Below, in pieces: positions 16,863 to 24,043 of a stretch of DNA of 64,000 bases. The notes beneath the pieces were generated by a model. The model ran no database searches and was not told where the DNA came from. It saw only the letters and a program-made list of their open reading frames with translations. The DNA is from a virus. Lineage: Duplodnaviria; Caudoviricetes. Within the stretch, counting starts at the first letter, position 1. Each line of letters starts with the position of its first letter. The translations under genes were made by a program, and so were the position numbers. The stretch is from IMG/VR virus record IMGVR_UViG_3300032216_000646, positions 31,751-95,750 of that record; one strand, given 5' to 3'.

Positions 16863-17327
16863 ATGTCGATTACTCAACTAGACCTCAAAGGGCTGACCAT
16901 GGAACAGGTGCAGAAAGCCATCGACCAAGCAGTCCTACAAGAAAACAGTCGGCAGTTCATGGTCAAATACCGTGCCGAACAAAAAGAAAAGAACAAAGCC
17001 AAAGCGCAAGAGCGTGGCAGACGCACACGCATCATCAACACCATGGTCAAACTAGGTGTGCCAGTAAACCCCATCAAAACGAACTGGAACGACTCCAAGC
17101 GTGGTGAAAAGATGAACCTGTCTACCCAGCCATCCGCCAAAGAGGAAAGCAAGGGCAGTTACCAACTGTCTATGGATGTCAAACACGCCATAGAGTTTCA
17201 CAAATACCTAGACATCCTGCGCAACACCCTCGTGTTCAAAATCACAGAGGTGCAGGTCGGCAACTACATGGGCGGTTCAGAAAACCCCATCTACACCTAC
17301 TACATCCGATTCATGGGAGACAAATAA
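16863..17327 (+). CDS. Hypothetical protein
   Basis: Start motif; 154 aa ORF. Confidence 0.7.
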   Translation: MSITQLDLKGLTMEQVQKAIDQAVLQENSRQFMVKYRAEQKEKNKAKAQERGRRTRIINTMVKLGVPVNPIKTNWNDSKRGEKMNLSTQPSAKEESKGSYQLSMDVKHAIEFHKYLDILRNTLVFKITEVQVGNYMGGSENPIYTYYIRFMGDK

Positions 17328-17626
17328 TGATTAGTCAAAGCATCGACGTGCCACTCACACAAAGAGAACTCAAAAGCCTCACCGTGTTGACCTCCTCATT
17401 CATCGAGGACGTCACTGGCATCATCAAGAACGTCAAACAAAACGGTGGTGAGGTTGACATTGACTTCATCAAAGCCTCCATCGACATGGCAGTTCTACTT
17501 GCAAAGTTGAACGGTTACCGTGAGGGCGCAATCGGGCTAGAAATAGCAGAACTGGATGCCATGTTCAGAATGCCATCCGTCAACCCATCCGTAGGCTCGT
17601 CCGAAGATGACGACGAAGGGCGCTGA
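17327..17626 (+). CDS. Hypothetical protein
   Basis: TAATG coupling; GGAG RBS. Confidence 0.65.
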   Translation: MISQSIDVPLTQRELKSLTVLTSSFIEDVTGIIKNVKQNGGEVDIDFIKASIDMAVLLAKLNGYREGAIGLEIAELDAMFRMPSVNPSVGSSEDDDEGR

Positions 17627-17627
17627 G

Positions 17628-17915
17628 ATGACGATTCAAACTCAACGCATGTGTTACAAATGTGAACTCGATGTTGCAATCAACCGACTCGATACAGAAC
17701 ACCCATCTTGCAAAGGGTGTTTCGATGGGTCACACGTATTCGGTTGCGACTTCTGCGAAAACGGTCTAGCCACAGAGCAGGTCGATTACTCCACTGGGCA
17801 ACGTGAGTGGTGGTGTTCGACTTGTGTGGTAGAACATGGTATAAATGACATCCAGTCAAAAATGCGCTACGTAAATGCGGGCGCATGGTTCATCGAAAAC
17901 CTAGGAGGGCGATAA
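17628..17915 (+). CDS. Cys-rich hypothetical protein
   Basis: Four CxxC pairs. Confidence 0.65.
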   Translation: MTIQTQRMCYKCELDVAINRLDTEHPSCKGCFDGSHVFGCDFCENGLATEQVDYSTGQREWWCSTCVVEHGINDIQSKMRYVNAGAWFIENLGGR

Positions 17916-17917
17916 AC

Positions 17918-18088
17918 ATGGAAAAGCAATACGAAATCAAATGGACACTAGAAAAGTGGTTCAAGGTCACCATCACCGCTGAAAGCGAGGAGCAGGCACG
18001 TGAGATGTTCTGGGCTGGCGAACACGGTGAACCAACTCAATACGGCGCAGAAATCCAAGAGGGTGTAGACGTAGAGGAGGTCAAATAA
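17918..18088 (+). CDS. Small phage protein
   Basis: AGGAGG RBS; VTITAESEEQARE motif common in small phage proteins. Confidence 0.65.
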   Translation: MEKQYEIKWTLEKWFKVTITAESEEQAREMFWAGEHGEPTQYGAEIQEGVDVEEVK

Positions 18089-18423
18089 TGGCTAAGGTCA
18101 GAGACGTGCGCAAAGCACTCAAAGCATCAGACCCAGACTCTCACATTGCAATCTGGTTCGTCACCAAGCGTGAGATGGAGCGTGAGATGGAAGTCAGCAT
18201 GACTGACGAAGTCTGGCGTCTAGCCACCACCAAGTGGCTCAAAGCCAACTACGCCACGCTCACGGAGAGCATCAAACAAATGACATGGGATGCCGAATAC
18301 GACACGGAGGGCGAGGAAGTCCACGCTGTGTCCGTAGACGCATCCGTAGACCCATCCGAAGATGAGAAAAACGGCGCTTCAGCCGTGTCCCCAAAGATTC
18401 AAAAACCAAAGAAAGTGAAGTGA
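18088..18423 (+). CDS. Hypothetical protein
   Basis: GGAGG RBS; TAATG coupling. Confidence 0.65.
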   Translation: MAKVRDVRKALKASDPDSHIAIWFVTKREMEREMEVSMTDEVWRLATTKWLKANYATLTESIKQMTWDAEYDTEGEEVHAVSVDASVDPSEDEKNGASAVSPKIQKPKKVK

Positions 18424-18428
18424 TAACC

Positions 18429-18758
18429 ATGCCAACAGTTACAACTCCTTACAACAAAACCGCCGAAGTCGAGATAGGCACACCAGCCACCATCGGCATC
18501 GGCAGTGACTCATACCCTGCAACCATTGTCAGTTTCTTACTGTTCAAGTCAGGGGCAAAGCAAGGACAAGTCCGTAGCATCCTCGTTCAGTGGGACAACC
18601 ACAAGTTCAACCCAGAGACGAGAGAGGACGAGTATTCACGCAACCCCGATGGCAAAATCATGGTGTTCACACAGAACAAGCGTGGACGCTGGCACAGCAA
18701 CAACTCCTACGGTCTGGGCATCGGTCACAGACGTTACTACCAAGACCCATCGTTCTAG
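18429..18758 (+). CDS. Hypothetical phage protein
   Basis: GTPATIGIGSDSYPATI..IGHRRYYQDPSF; start motif. Confidence 0.7.
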   Translation: MPTVTTPYNKTAEVEIGTPATIGIGSDSYPATIVSFLLFKSGAKQGQVRSILVQWDNHKFNPETREDEYSRNPDGKIMVFTQNKRGRWHSNNSYGLGIGHRRYYQDPSF

Positions 18759-18842
18759 TCCGTAAGGATGTCCGTTGGTGGTAACCCGCCGCCAAAAAAA
18801 TAAAAATCGGCACGCAAGCCGAGAAAGAAAAAGGTGATAACC

Positions 18843-19064
18843 ATGACACGCATCAAACTCATTCGTGTTCAAGACGCACACACCCGCCTAAAAGCAGGTG
18901 ACACTGGAACTATCGTTGGAGAGTCGTTCGACCAAATCGGTTACGAACGTCTCGTCCGTCTCGATGTCCAATGGGATAGCGGGTCAACTCTCGCTATCTA
19001 CCCACACCTTGACGAGTTCGAGGTAATCACAGAACCATCCGTCGGCTCGTCCGTAAGCCAATAA
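18843..19064 (+). CDS. DUF4314-like SH3-fold protein
   Basis: GDTGTI..VQWDSGSTLAI..DEFEVI. Confidence 0.65.
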   Translation: MTRIKLIRVQDAHTRLKAGDTGTIVGESFDQIGYERLVRLDVQWDSGSTLAIYPHLDEFEVITEPSVGSSVSQ

Positions 19065-19099
19065 CCCGTGAAAGCGCTTTCACAGATTTCAGGAGCATC

Positions 19100-19330
19100 A
19101 TGAGCATCAAAAAAAGATTCAAAGAACTAGGCGCAGTCGTAGAGATTCCAGACTTACATGTCTGGGTCTCTGACGATGGCATGTGGGGAGTAGGTGAACT
19201 TGTAGTTGTAAACGCCACGCAGTGGTCTATCCAACAGTTTGAGAAGTTCTCTGACTTGCATCCCACAGAACGCTGGAACACAGCCATAGAATGGGCATCC
19301 GCAACAAACAAGGAGGGCGATAAGCCATGA
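19100..19330 (+). CDS. Hypothetical protein
   Basis: AGGAG RBS. Confidence 0.65.
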   Translation: MSIKKRFKELGAVVEIPDLHVWVSDDGMWGVGELVVVNATQWSIQQFEKFSDLHPTERWNTAIEWASATNKEGDKP

Positions 19331-19518
19331 CACAAGAACAAAAAAGAATGCTTGACTTTCTCATTTACGAGAACGAGGATGGAACATGGACAGGTGAAGT
19401 AAAGAACATCCTGCTATCTCCGTTCGCACCATCGCTATTCGTAGCAACAGCATCAACCAAACTAGAAGTCACCGAACAGGTGGCACGATTCGCATTGGAG
19501 GGCGATACCCATGAGTAA
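19327..19518 (+). CDS. Hypothetical protein
   Basis: AGGAGG RBS; overlap with previous gene. Confidence 0.6.
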   Translation: MTQEQKRMLDFLIYENEDGTWTGEVKNILLSPFAPSLFVATASTKLEVTEQVARFALEGDTHE

Positions 19519-19876
19519 CATCGAACAGGTCATACATGACCGCAAACTAACAGAGCAAGGACGTCACGAGGGCATGCAGTGGATGCGTGACCACTTGATT
19601 GACAAACTGAACCACGACTTGGAGAGCAACGAGTGCGACTGCCAGTGCGATGCACTCAAAGACGTAGTGGATTACCTGACAGGCGAGTTGCCTGAATCAA
19701 CTCACCAGCATGTCTGGCAAACTGACAACCTATCGGACACCTACGAAACCATCTGTGGTGTCTGCCAAGCAGTAAAGGAGGATGCGCTACCCCTATCGAA
19801 CGATGTTGACGACCAGTGGTGTGACACCTGCGGGTCAGAACTGACTCACCCATGTGGATGCGAGGCGAACGACTAA
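19511..19876 (+). CDS. Cys-rich hypothetical protein
   Basis: GGAGG..GATACCCATG start. Confidence 0.65.
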   Translation: MSNIEQVIHDRKLTEQGRHEGMQWMRDHLIDKLNHDLESNECDCQCDALKDVVDYLTGELPESTHQHVWQTDNLSDTYETICGVCQAVKEDALPLSNDVDDQWCDTCGSELTHPCGCEAND

Positions 19877-20052
19877 TGGGTTATGGCATCTCATTCCTAA
19901 GTCGCACACAGTTGCGCCAAATAATCGACACCACCACTAACCCAGTAGTCAAAGCCTACGCAGAGGCAACTCTGACTGTCTATGACCTACACCTTGACCT
20001 TGAAAAGAGTCTCGTAGAGGCTATTGGCGAGGCTCACGAGGCTCAAGAATGA
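19876..20052 (+). CDS. Hypothetical protein
   Basis: TAATG coupling. Confidence 0.55.
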   Translation: MGYGISFLSRTQLRQIIDTTTNPVVKAYAEATLTVYDLHLDLEKSLVEAIGEAHEAQE

Positions 20053-20258
20053 CGGGCGCACAGCAAGCGTTCAAGGCGGGCGTCCGTGAGGGCGTCCGTC
20101 AAGAGCGTGAACGCATTTTCAAATCAAATCTCTGGAACATCTTGCGTGAGCAAGGTTGGTCAGAGTTCTCAATGTCACAACTATGTGCTGAACTAGAGTT
20201 ACTCAAAGAAGTAGAGGAGAACGAGGATGCAGACATTCTTACCACTAGCAACGAGTAA
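20049..20258 (+). CDS. Hypothetical protein
   Basis: ATGA overlap; AFKAGVREGVRQERERI. Confidence 0.6.
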   Translation: MTGAQQAFKAGVREGVRQERERIFKSNLWNILREQGWSEFSMSQLCAELELLKEVEENEDADILTTSNE

Positions 20259-20715
20259 CTTCGTTGACATCGCAAAGACGCTTGACAACAAGCGTCTCAA
20301 TAAGCAGGCTCTGGAGGGTTGGCAAATCATGCTGACCCTCCTAGAACTTGACCCAGAGGGTAACCATCGCACACCAAAAGGCTGGGTAAACCATCCAGCA
20401 GTCAAGATGTGGCGTGGCTCTGAGACCCTGCTTATGGGTTACGTAGTCGCTATGACCCAAGAATGGGTGAACCGTGGCTATAAAACCACGATTGGTGTCA
20501 AAGCCATGAAAACACTCATTCGTGGCATCGAACTCAAACGAGCCTCTACAAAGCCATCAGAGCCTCTCTGGATGGCTGACAAAGACAAGTTTGAGCAGAT
20601 TGCCTCAAGCCACCGCAAGGCTCTCCTAGCCAAAGATTACGACTGGTATAGCCAGTTTGGTTGGGCAGAGGACACTGGCACAGCACCAACCACCTACGAA
20701 TACATCTGGGAGTAA
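20227..20715 (+). CDS. Pyrimidine-dimer DNA glycosylase/endonuclease V-like protein (MSMEG_6728 family)
   Basis: MQTFLP..LDNKRLNKQALEGWQI..GWVNHPAVKMWRG..SHRKALL. Confidence 0.85.
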   Translation: MQTFLPLATSNFVDIAKTLDNKRLNKQALEGWQIMLTLLELDPEGNHRTPKGWVNHPAVKMWRGSETLLMGYVVAMTQEWVNRGYKTTIGVKAMKTLIRGIELKRASTKPSEPLWMADKDKFEQIASSHRKALLAKDYDWYSQFGWAEDTGTAPTTYEYIWE

Positions 20716-20717
20716 AG

Positions 20718-20954
20718 ATGAAACTAAAACATGCAGTAGGAGACACCATTCGCAGTCTCCGTCAAGAAAGAAACATGACCCTGCGCATTCTGTCCAGCAG
20801 GTCTCATGTAGCACTAGGTCACATCTCTGACGTTGAACGAGGCAACAAAGGGGCAAGCCACGAACTGCTAGAGGCTCTTGCTTTAGGGCTAGACATCTCC
20901 ACCACCGACCTCATTGGAGAAATCTACGAGTATCTAAAGGAGAACAATGGCTAA
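20718..20954 (+). CDS. ClgR-like XRE HTH regulator
   Basis: VGDTIRSLRQERNMTLR..VALGHISDVERGNKGASHELLEAL. Confidence 0.75.
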   Translation: MKLKHAVGDTIRSLRQERNMTLRILSSRSHVALGHISDVERGNKGASHELLEALALGLDISTTDLIGEIYEYLKENNG

Positions 20955-21123
20955 GAGCAAAGCACGTCACCGTGCAGAATGGCGTCCGTTGGACTATCCA
21001 TTACAGTCATACATCCGCATGTATCAAAATCGCTGGTGGCATTTCCAAAAGCCAGCACTCAAAAGAAAGGTCAGTCTGTGTCTAAAGCACGTATCGGAAC
21101 TGATAAAGAAACTAAGCAAATAA
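20947..21123 (+). CDS. Small basic hypothetical protein (58 aa, not in ORF track)
   Basis: AAGGAG RBS; MAKSKARHRAEWRP. Confidence 0.5.
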   Translation: MAKSKARHRAEWRPLDYPLQSYIRMYQNRWWHFQKPALKRKVSLCLKHVSELIKKLSK

Positions 21124-21314
21124 TCAAAGAGGCTAAAAGCCAAGGTTGGCAAATCGTCATGACCAATGGCAACCACCTCAAATGGATAGCACCCAACGGT
21201 AAAGTAGTGTTCTCCGCTTTGACAGGGTCAGACCGCCGAGGTATTCTAAACCTCAAGAGCCAACTGCGCATCGCTGGGTTTATCGAAATCAAAAAGCAAG
21301 GTAAAAGCAAATGA
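21078..21314 (+). CDS. HicA-like RNase fold protein
   Basis: IIKEAKSQGW..NGNHLKWIAPNG..TGSDRR..NLKSQLR; GTG start after AGAAAGG. Confidence 0.7.
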   Translation: MSKARIGTDKETKQIIKEAKSQGWQIVMTNGNHLKWIAPNGKVVFSALTGSDRRGILNLKSQLRIAGFIEIKKQGKSK

Positions 21315-21595
21315 ATGAATCGTGGGTAGGGGCAATCTGCTCCGAAACTGACCCTGAACTTTTCTTCCCAGAGAAGTTGAGCAACACTACACAAATCAGG
21401 CAAGCAAAGCGCCTCTGCGCCACGTGTCCACTCACCGCCCAATGCCTAGAGGTGGCTATGAAAAAGCCATACGAGGGCATCTGGGGGGGAACTCTACCCA
21501 GTGAGAGAGCAAGCATGAAAAGACATCCTGAACTAATCCAAAAACACCTAAAAGAACTGAGGGCAAATGCTAGAACTATTGAGCAGGCTGACTAA
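21311..21595 (+). CDS. whiB: WhiB family transcription factor
   Basis: C-x-x-x-DPELFFP..CATCP..C..GIWGGT. Confidence 0.9.
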   Translation: MNESWVGAICSETDPELFFPEKLSNTTQIRQAKRLCATCPLTAQCLEVAMKKPYEGIWGGTLPSERASMKRHPELIQKHLKELRANARTIEQAD

Positions 21596-21798
21596 TGGAA
21601 CAGCCAGATTTATTGAACAAAGACGACGTGGCAAAACTCGCAGGGTTCAAGTCACGCACGACCGTGAGGCTTTATCAAAAGCGAGGCATCCTTCCCAAGC
21701 CAGACGTTTACGTCAAGAGCAAGCCGATGTGGAACAGGTCAACTATCGAAAGATGGAACTGTGACCGCAACAGCATCGAACTGGTAGAGATTCCGTAA
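21595..21798 (+). CDS. MerR/Xis-like winged HTH protein
   Basis: LLNKDDVAKLAG..TVRLYQKRGILPKPD..PMW. Confidence 0.7.
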   Translation: MEQPDLLNKDDVAKLAGFKSRTTVRLYQKRGILPKPDVYVKSKPMWNRSTIERWNCDRNSIELVEIP

Positions 21799-21867
21799 GA
21801 CTATCCGTAAGCCCACTTCGCTGCCAAAAAAATGTCAGTGGGGTGTGCTAAGAAATCGAGGGCAATA

Positions 21868-22998
21868 ATGATTCAGCAAAAACTAAATGATTACATTCAA
21901 AGTTGGCTACCAAAAGCCGACCTACTACCCATCACCAAAAAGAACTACGAGTCTGTCCTACGCATCCACGTCCTGCCACGCATGGGCGAGAGAGTCATAG
22001 CAGACATCCGTAGAGCCGATGTCCGTCAACTGCTGGACGAACTACGTGACGTAGGCATCTCCAGTTCTATCCGCTCCCAAGCCAAAGCCTCCCTAGGCTC
22101 TGCACTGCAGGCACTGGTAGACCGTGACGAACTAGAGTCCAACCCGACGCACAAGATTCGCATCAAGAAGTTAGACAGCCAAGACCTACGCAACGTCCTA
22201 GACCCAGAGGACTTCAAGACCATCCGTCAGAACCTCCGTAATGACGTCGCCGCACTTTTTGCAGACTTCCTTGTTCTTTCGGGTTGCCGATTCGGAGAGG
22301 CATCCGAACTAAGACTCAAAGATGCCAACTTCAAAACCAACGAAATCTACATTCAAAGACGAGTCAGTGACCTAGGTGGAAACCATAACAATGGTTCAAG
22401 ATTCAGGGTTATCGAGGCTACAAAGTCAGGTCGTAGCCGTGCTGTCGTAGTCACAAAGCCACTTATGGACGCAATCAAAGCCCATTCACAAGCCCACGGA
22501 CTAGCACAAAACGACCTATTGTTCCCTGTGAACTTGTTTGCTAAAGACGATACCGTGGAAAGCATGTCACGAGACACGGACACCGCAAAGACATTCGTCA
22601 AGAACAAAAGGTTATACACCCACGGAACGCAATACGCTTACGTGCATGGTCTTTGCAGGTGTGAGCAATGCCGAGATGCGATGCGAAAGTATCGAGCATC
22701 ACAACGCCTACCAAAAGTCAACCAGCGTCCTGCCACCAACACGACAGGACACTTACCTCGTGACACATGGAGACTAATCTGGCTAGAGGCAATCGGTAAG
22801 TCCAATGTGGAATGGAGTCCACGCACCCACGACCTTCGTCATGCCAACGCTACGCTGTTACTAAAAAATGGCGTGGATGTGAACGAAGTCAAGGAGCGTC
22901 TAGGACACTCATCCATCAAGACGACAGAACGATACCTACATCGTCTGCGTCACCAACGGTCAAAAGCAGCGGAAGCAGTGGCTGACTTTTTGGAGTGA
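21868..22998 (+). CDS. Tyrosine recombinase with inserted zinc motif
   Basis: SGCRFGE, TKSG, HDLRH, LGHSS, TERY catalytic set. Confidence 0.9.
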   Translation: MIQQKLNDYIQSWLPKADLLPITKKNYESVLRIHVLPRMGERVIADIRRADVRQLLDELRDVGISSSIRSQAKASLGSALQALVDRDELESNPTHKIRIKKLDSQDLRNVLDPEDFKTIRQNLRNDVAALFADFLVLSGCRFGEASELRLKDANFKTNEIYIQRRVSDLGGNHNNGSRFRVIEATKSGRSRAVVVTKPLMDAIKAHSQAHGLAQNDLLFPVNLFAKDDTVESMSRDTDTAKTFVKNKRLYTHGTQYAYVHGLCRCEQCRDAMRKYRASQRLPKVNQRPATNTTGHLPRDTWRLIWLEAIGKSNVEWSPRTHDLRHANATLLLKNGVDVNEVKERLGHSSIKTTERYLHRLRHQRSKAAEAVADFLE

Positions 22999-23003
22999 TA
23001 CAA

Positions 23004-23537
23004 ATGAATACAAAGATAACCAAACTGATAAGCACCAGCATCTTGACACTAATCCTGTCAGGATGTGTCACCCCGCAAGAGGTGACTCCAGTAATAAAAG
23101 CCGAACCAGCAGTTTACTCAAAGCCCACTAGCATCAACCCAATAATGGTTCATGCTCAAGCAATGAAAGTAAAAGCCATTCGGAAGCAAATCGTGAAGCA
23201 AGCCATCTCAGGATTGGGTGTTCCCTATGTCTATAGTGGAATGTCTAGGTCTGGGTGGGACTGCTCAGGATTTACTGCTTATGTGTATGGTAAGTTCGGG
23301 ATACAACTAGAGCATTCAGCAACAAAGCAAGCGCATTCTGCAAAGCCCAACCGCAAGCCACAGGCTGGCGACTTGGTAGCATTCAGCAGAGGCGATGGCT
23401 ATTGGTATTACCACGTAGGTATCTACATAGGTAATGGCAAAGTTGTCAATGCAAACAGTTACTACGGACGAACAGTTGTAGAACCCATCACCAACTACAA
23501 AGGTGACAAGATTACATACATCAACGTAATCAAGTAG
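23004..23537 (+). CDS. NlpC/P60 peptidase, predicted lipoprotein
   Basis: LSGC lipobox; GVPYVYSG..DCSGF..HVGIY. Confidence 0.9.
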   Translation: MNTKITKLISTSILTLILSGCVTPQEVTPVIKAEPAVYSKPTSINPIMVHAQAMKVKAIRKQIVKQAISGLGVPYVYSGMSRSGWDCSGFTAYVYGKFGIQLEHSATKQAHSAKPNRKPQAGDLVAFSRGDGYWYYHVGIYIGNGKVVNANSYYGRTVVEPITNYKGDKITYINVIK

Positions 23538-23543
23538 AACAAG

Positions 23544-23581
23544 AAAAGCCCCTCACTACTTAGGTAGTGGGGGGTTTTTTT
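23544..23581 (+). terminator. Rho-independent terminator
   Basis: gcccctcactac-ttag-gtagtggggggt plus T tract. Confidence 0.85.
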
Positions 23582-23701
23582 ATACCCAAATCCGTAAGCC
23601 CATCCGCAAGAATCTCCGCCGCAGCGAAGACCTGGCTGTCGTCTTCGCAGTACTGGACAACCTGACGGACAAATCCATCCGTAAGGGTATCCGTCAATCC
23701 A

Positions 23702-23728
23702 CTTTTCGATAACGGGGTTATCGAAAAG
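23702..23728. repeat. Perfect 12-bp inverted repeat between convergent terminators
   Basis: CTTTTCGATAAC-GGG-GTTATCGAAAAG. Confidence 0.8.
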
Positions 23729-23776
23729 CGACTTTTTACGAGAAGCCGCTCCGTAAGAAACGGATAGCCTAACGGA

Positions 23777-23809
23777 TAAAAGAAAACCCCCACCGAAGTG
23801 AGGGTTCTC
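23777..23809 (-). terminator. Rho-independent terminator
   Basis: Minus strand gaaccctcac-TTCG-gtgggggttttctttt, cUUCGg loop. Confidence 0.85.
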
Positions 23810-23821
23810 ATTTGAGTTGAA

Positions 23822-24043
23822 CTACTGAGTTAGCGCATGCAACTTAGTGATACGGAAGCCTGACCACGAGTCATTGTCCGTAACCACCACAGGAGCAGAG
23901 GTGTAGCCCTTCTCCTCAATCAAAGGCATAATCTCTGGACTGTCAGCAATCATCTTCGCAACAAACTCTACGTTGTGGAGCGTCAGGAAGCGCTTAGTCT
24001 GCTCACACTGAACACAGTTAGGGTTTGAGTAAACAGTAACCAT
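23822..24043 (-). CDS. nrdH: NrdH-like glutaredoxin
   Basis: CVQC; APVV..WSGFR. Confidence 0.9.
   Translation of the reverse strand: MVTVYSNPNCVQCEQTKRFLTLHNVEFVAKMIADSPEIMPLIEEKGYTSAPVVVTDNDSWSGFRITKLHALTQ

Noticed and set aside
23560-23811. 83-aa minus-strand ORF
   Set aside because: Spans two terminators and the repeat element; likely spurious
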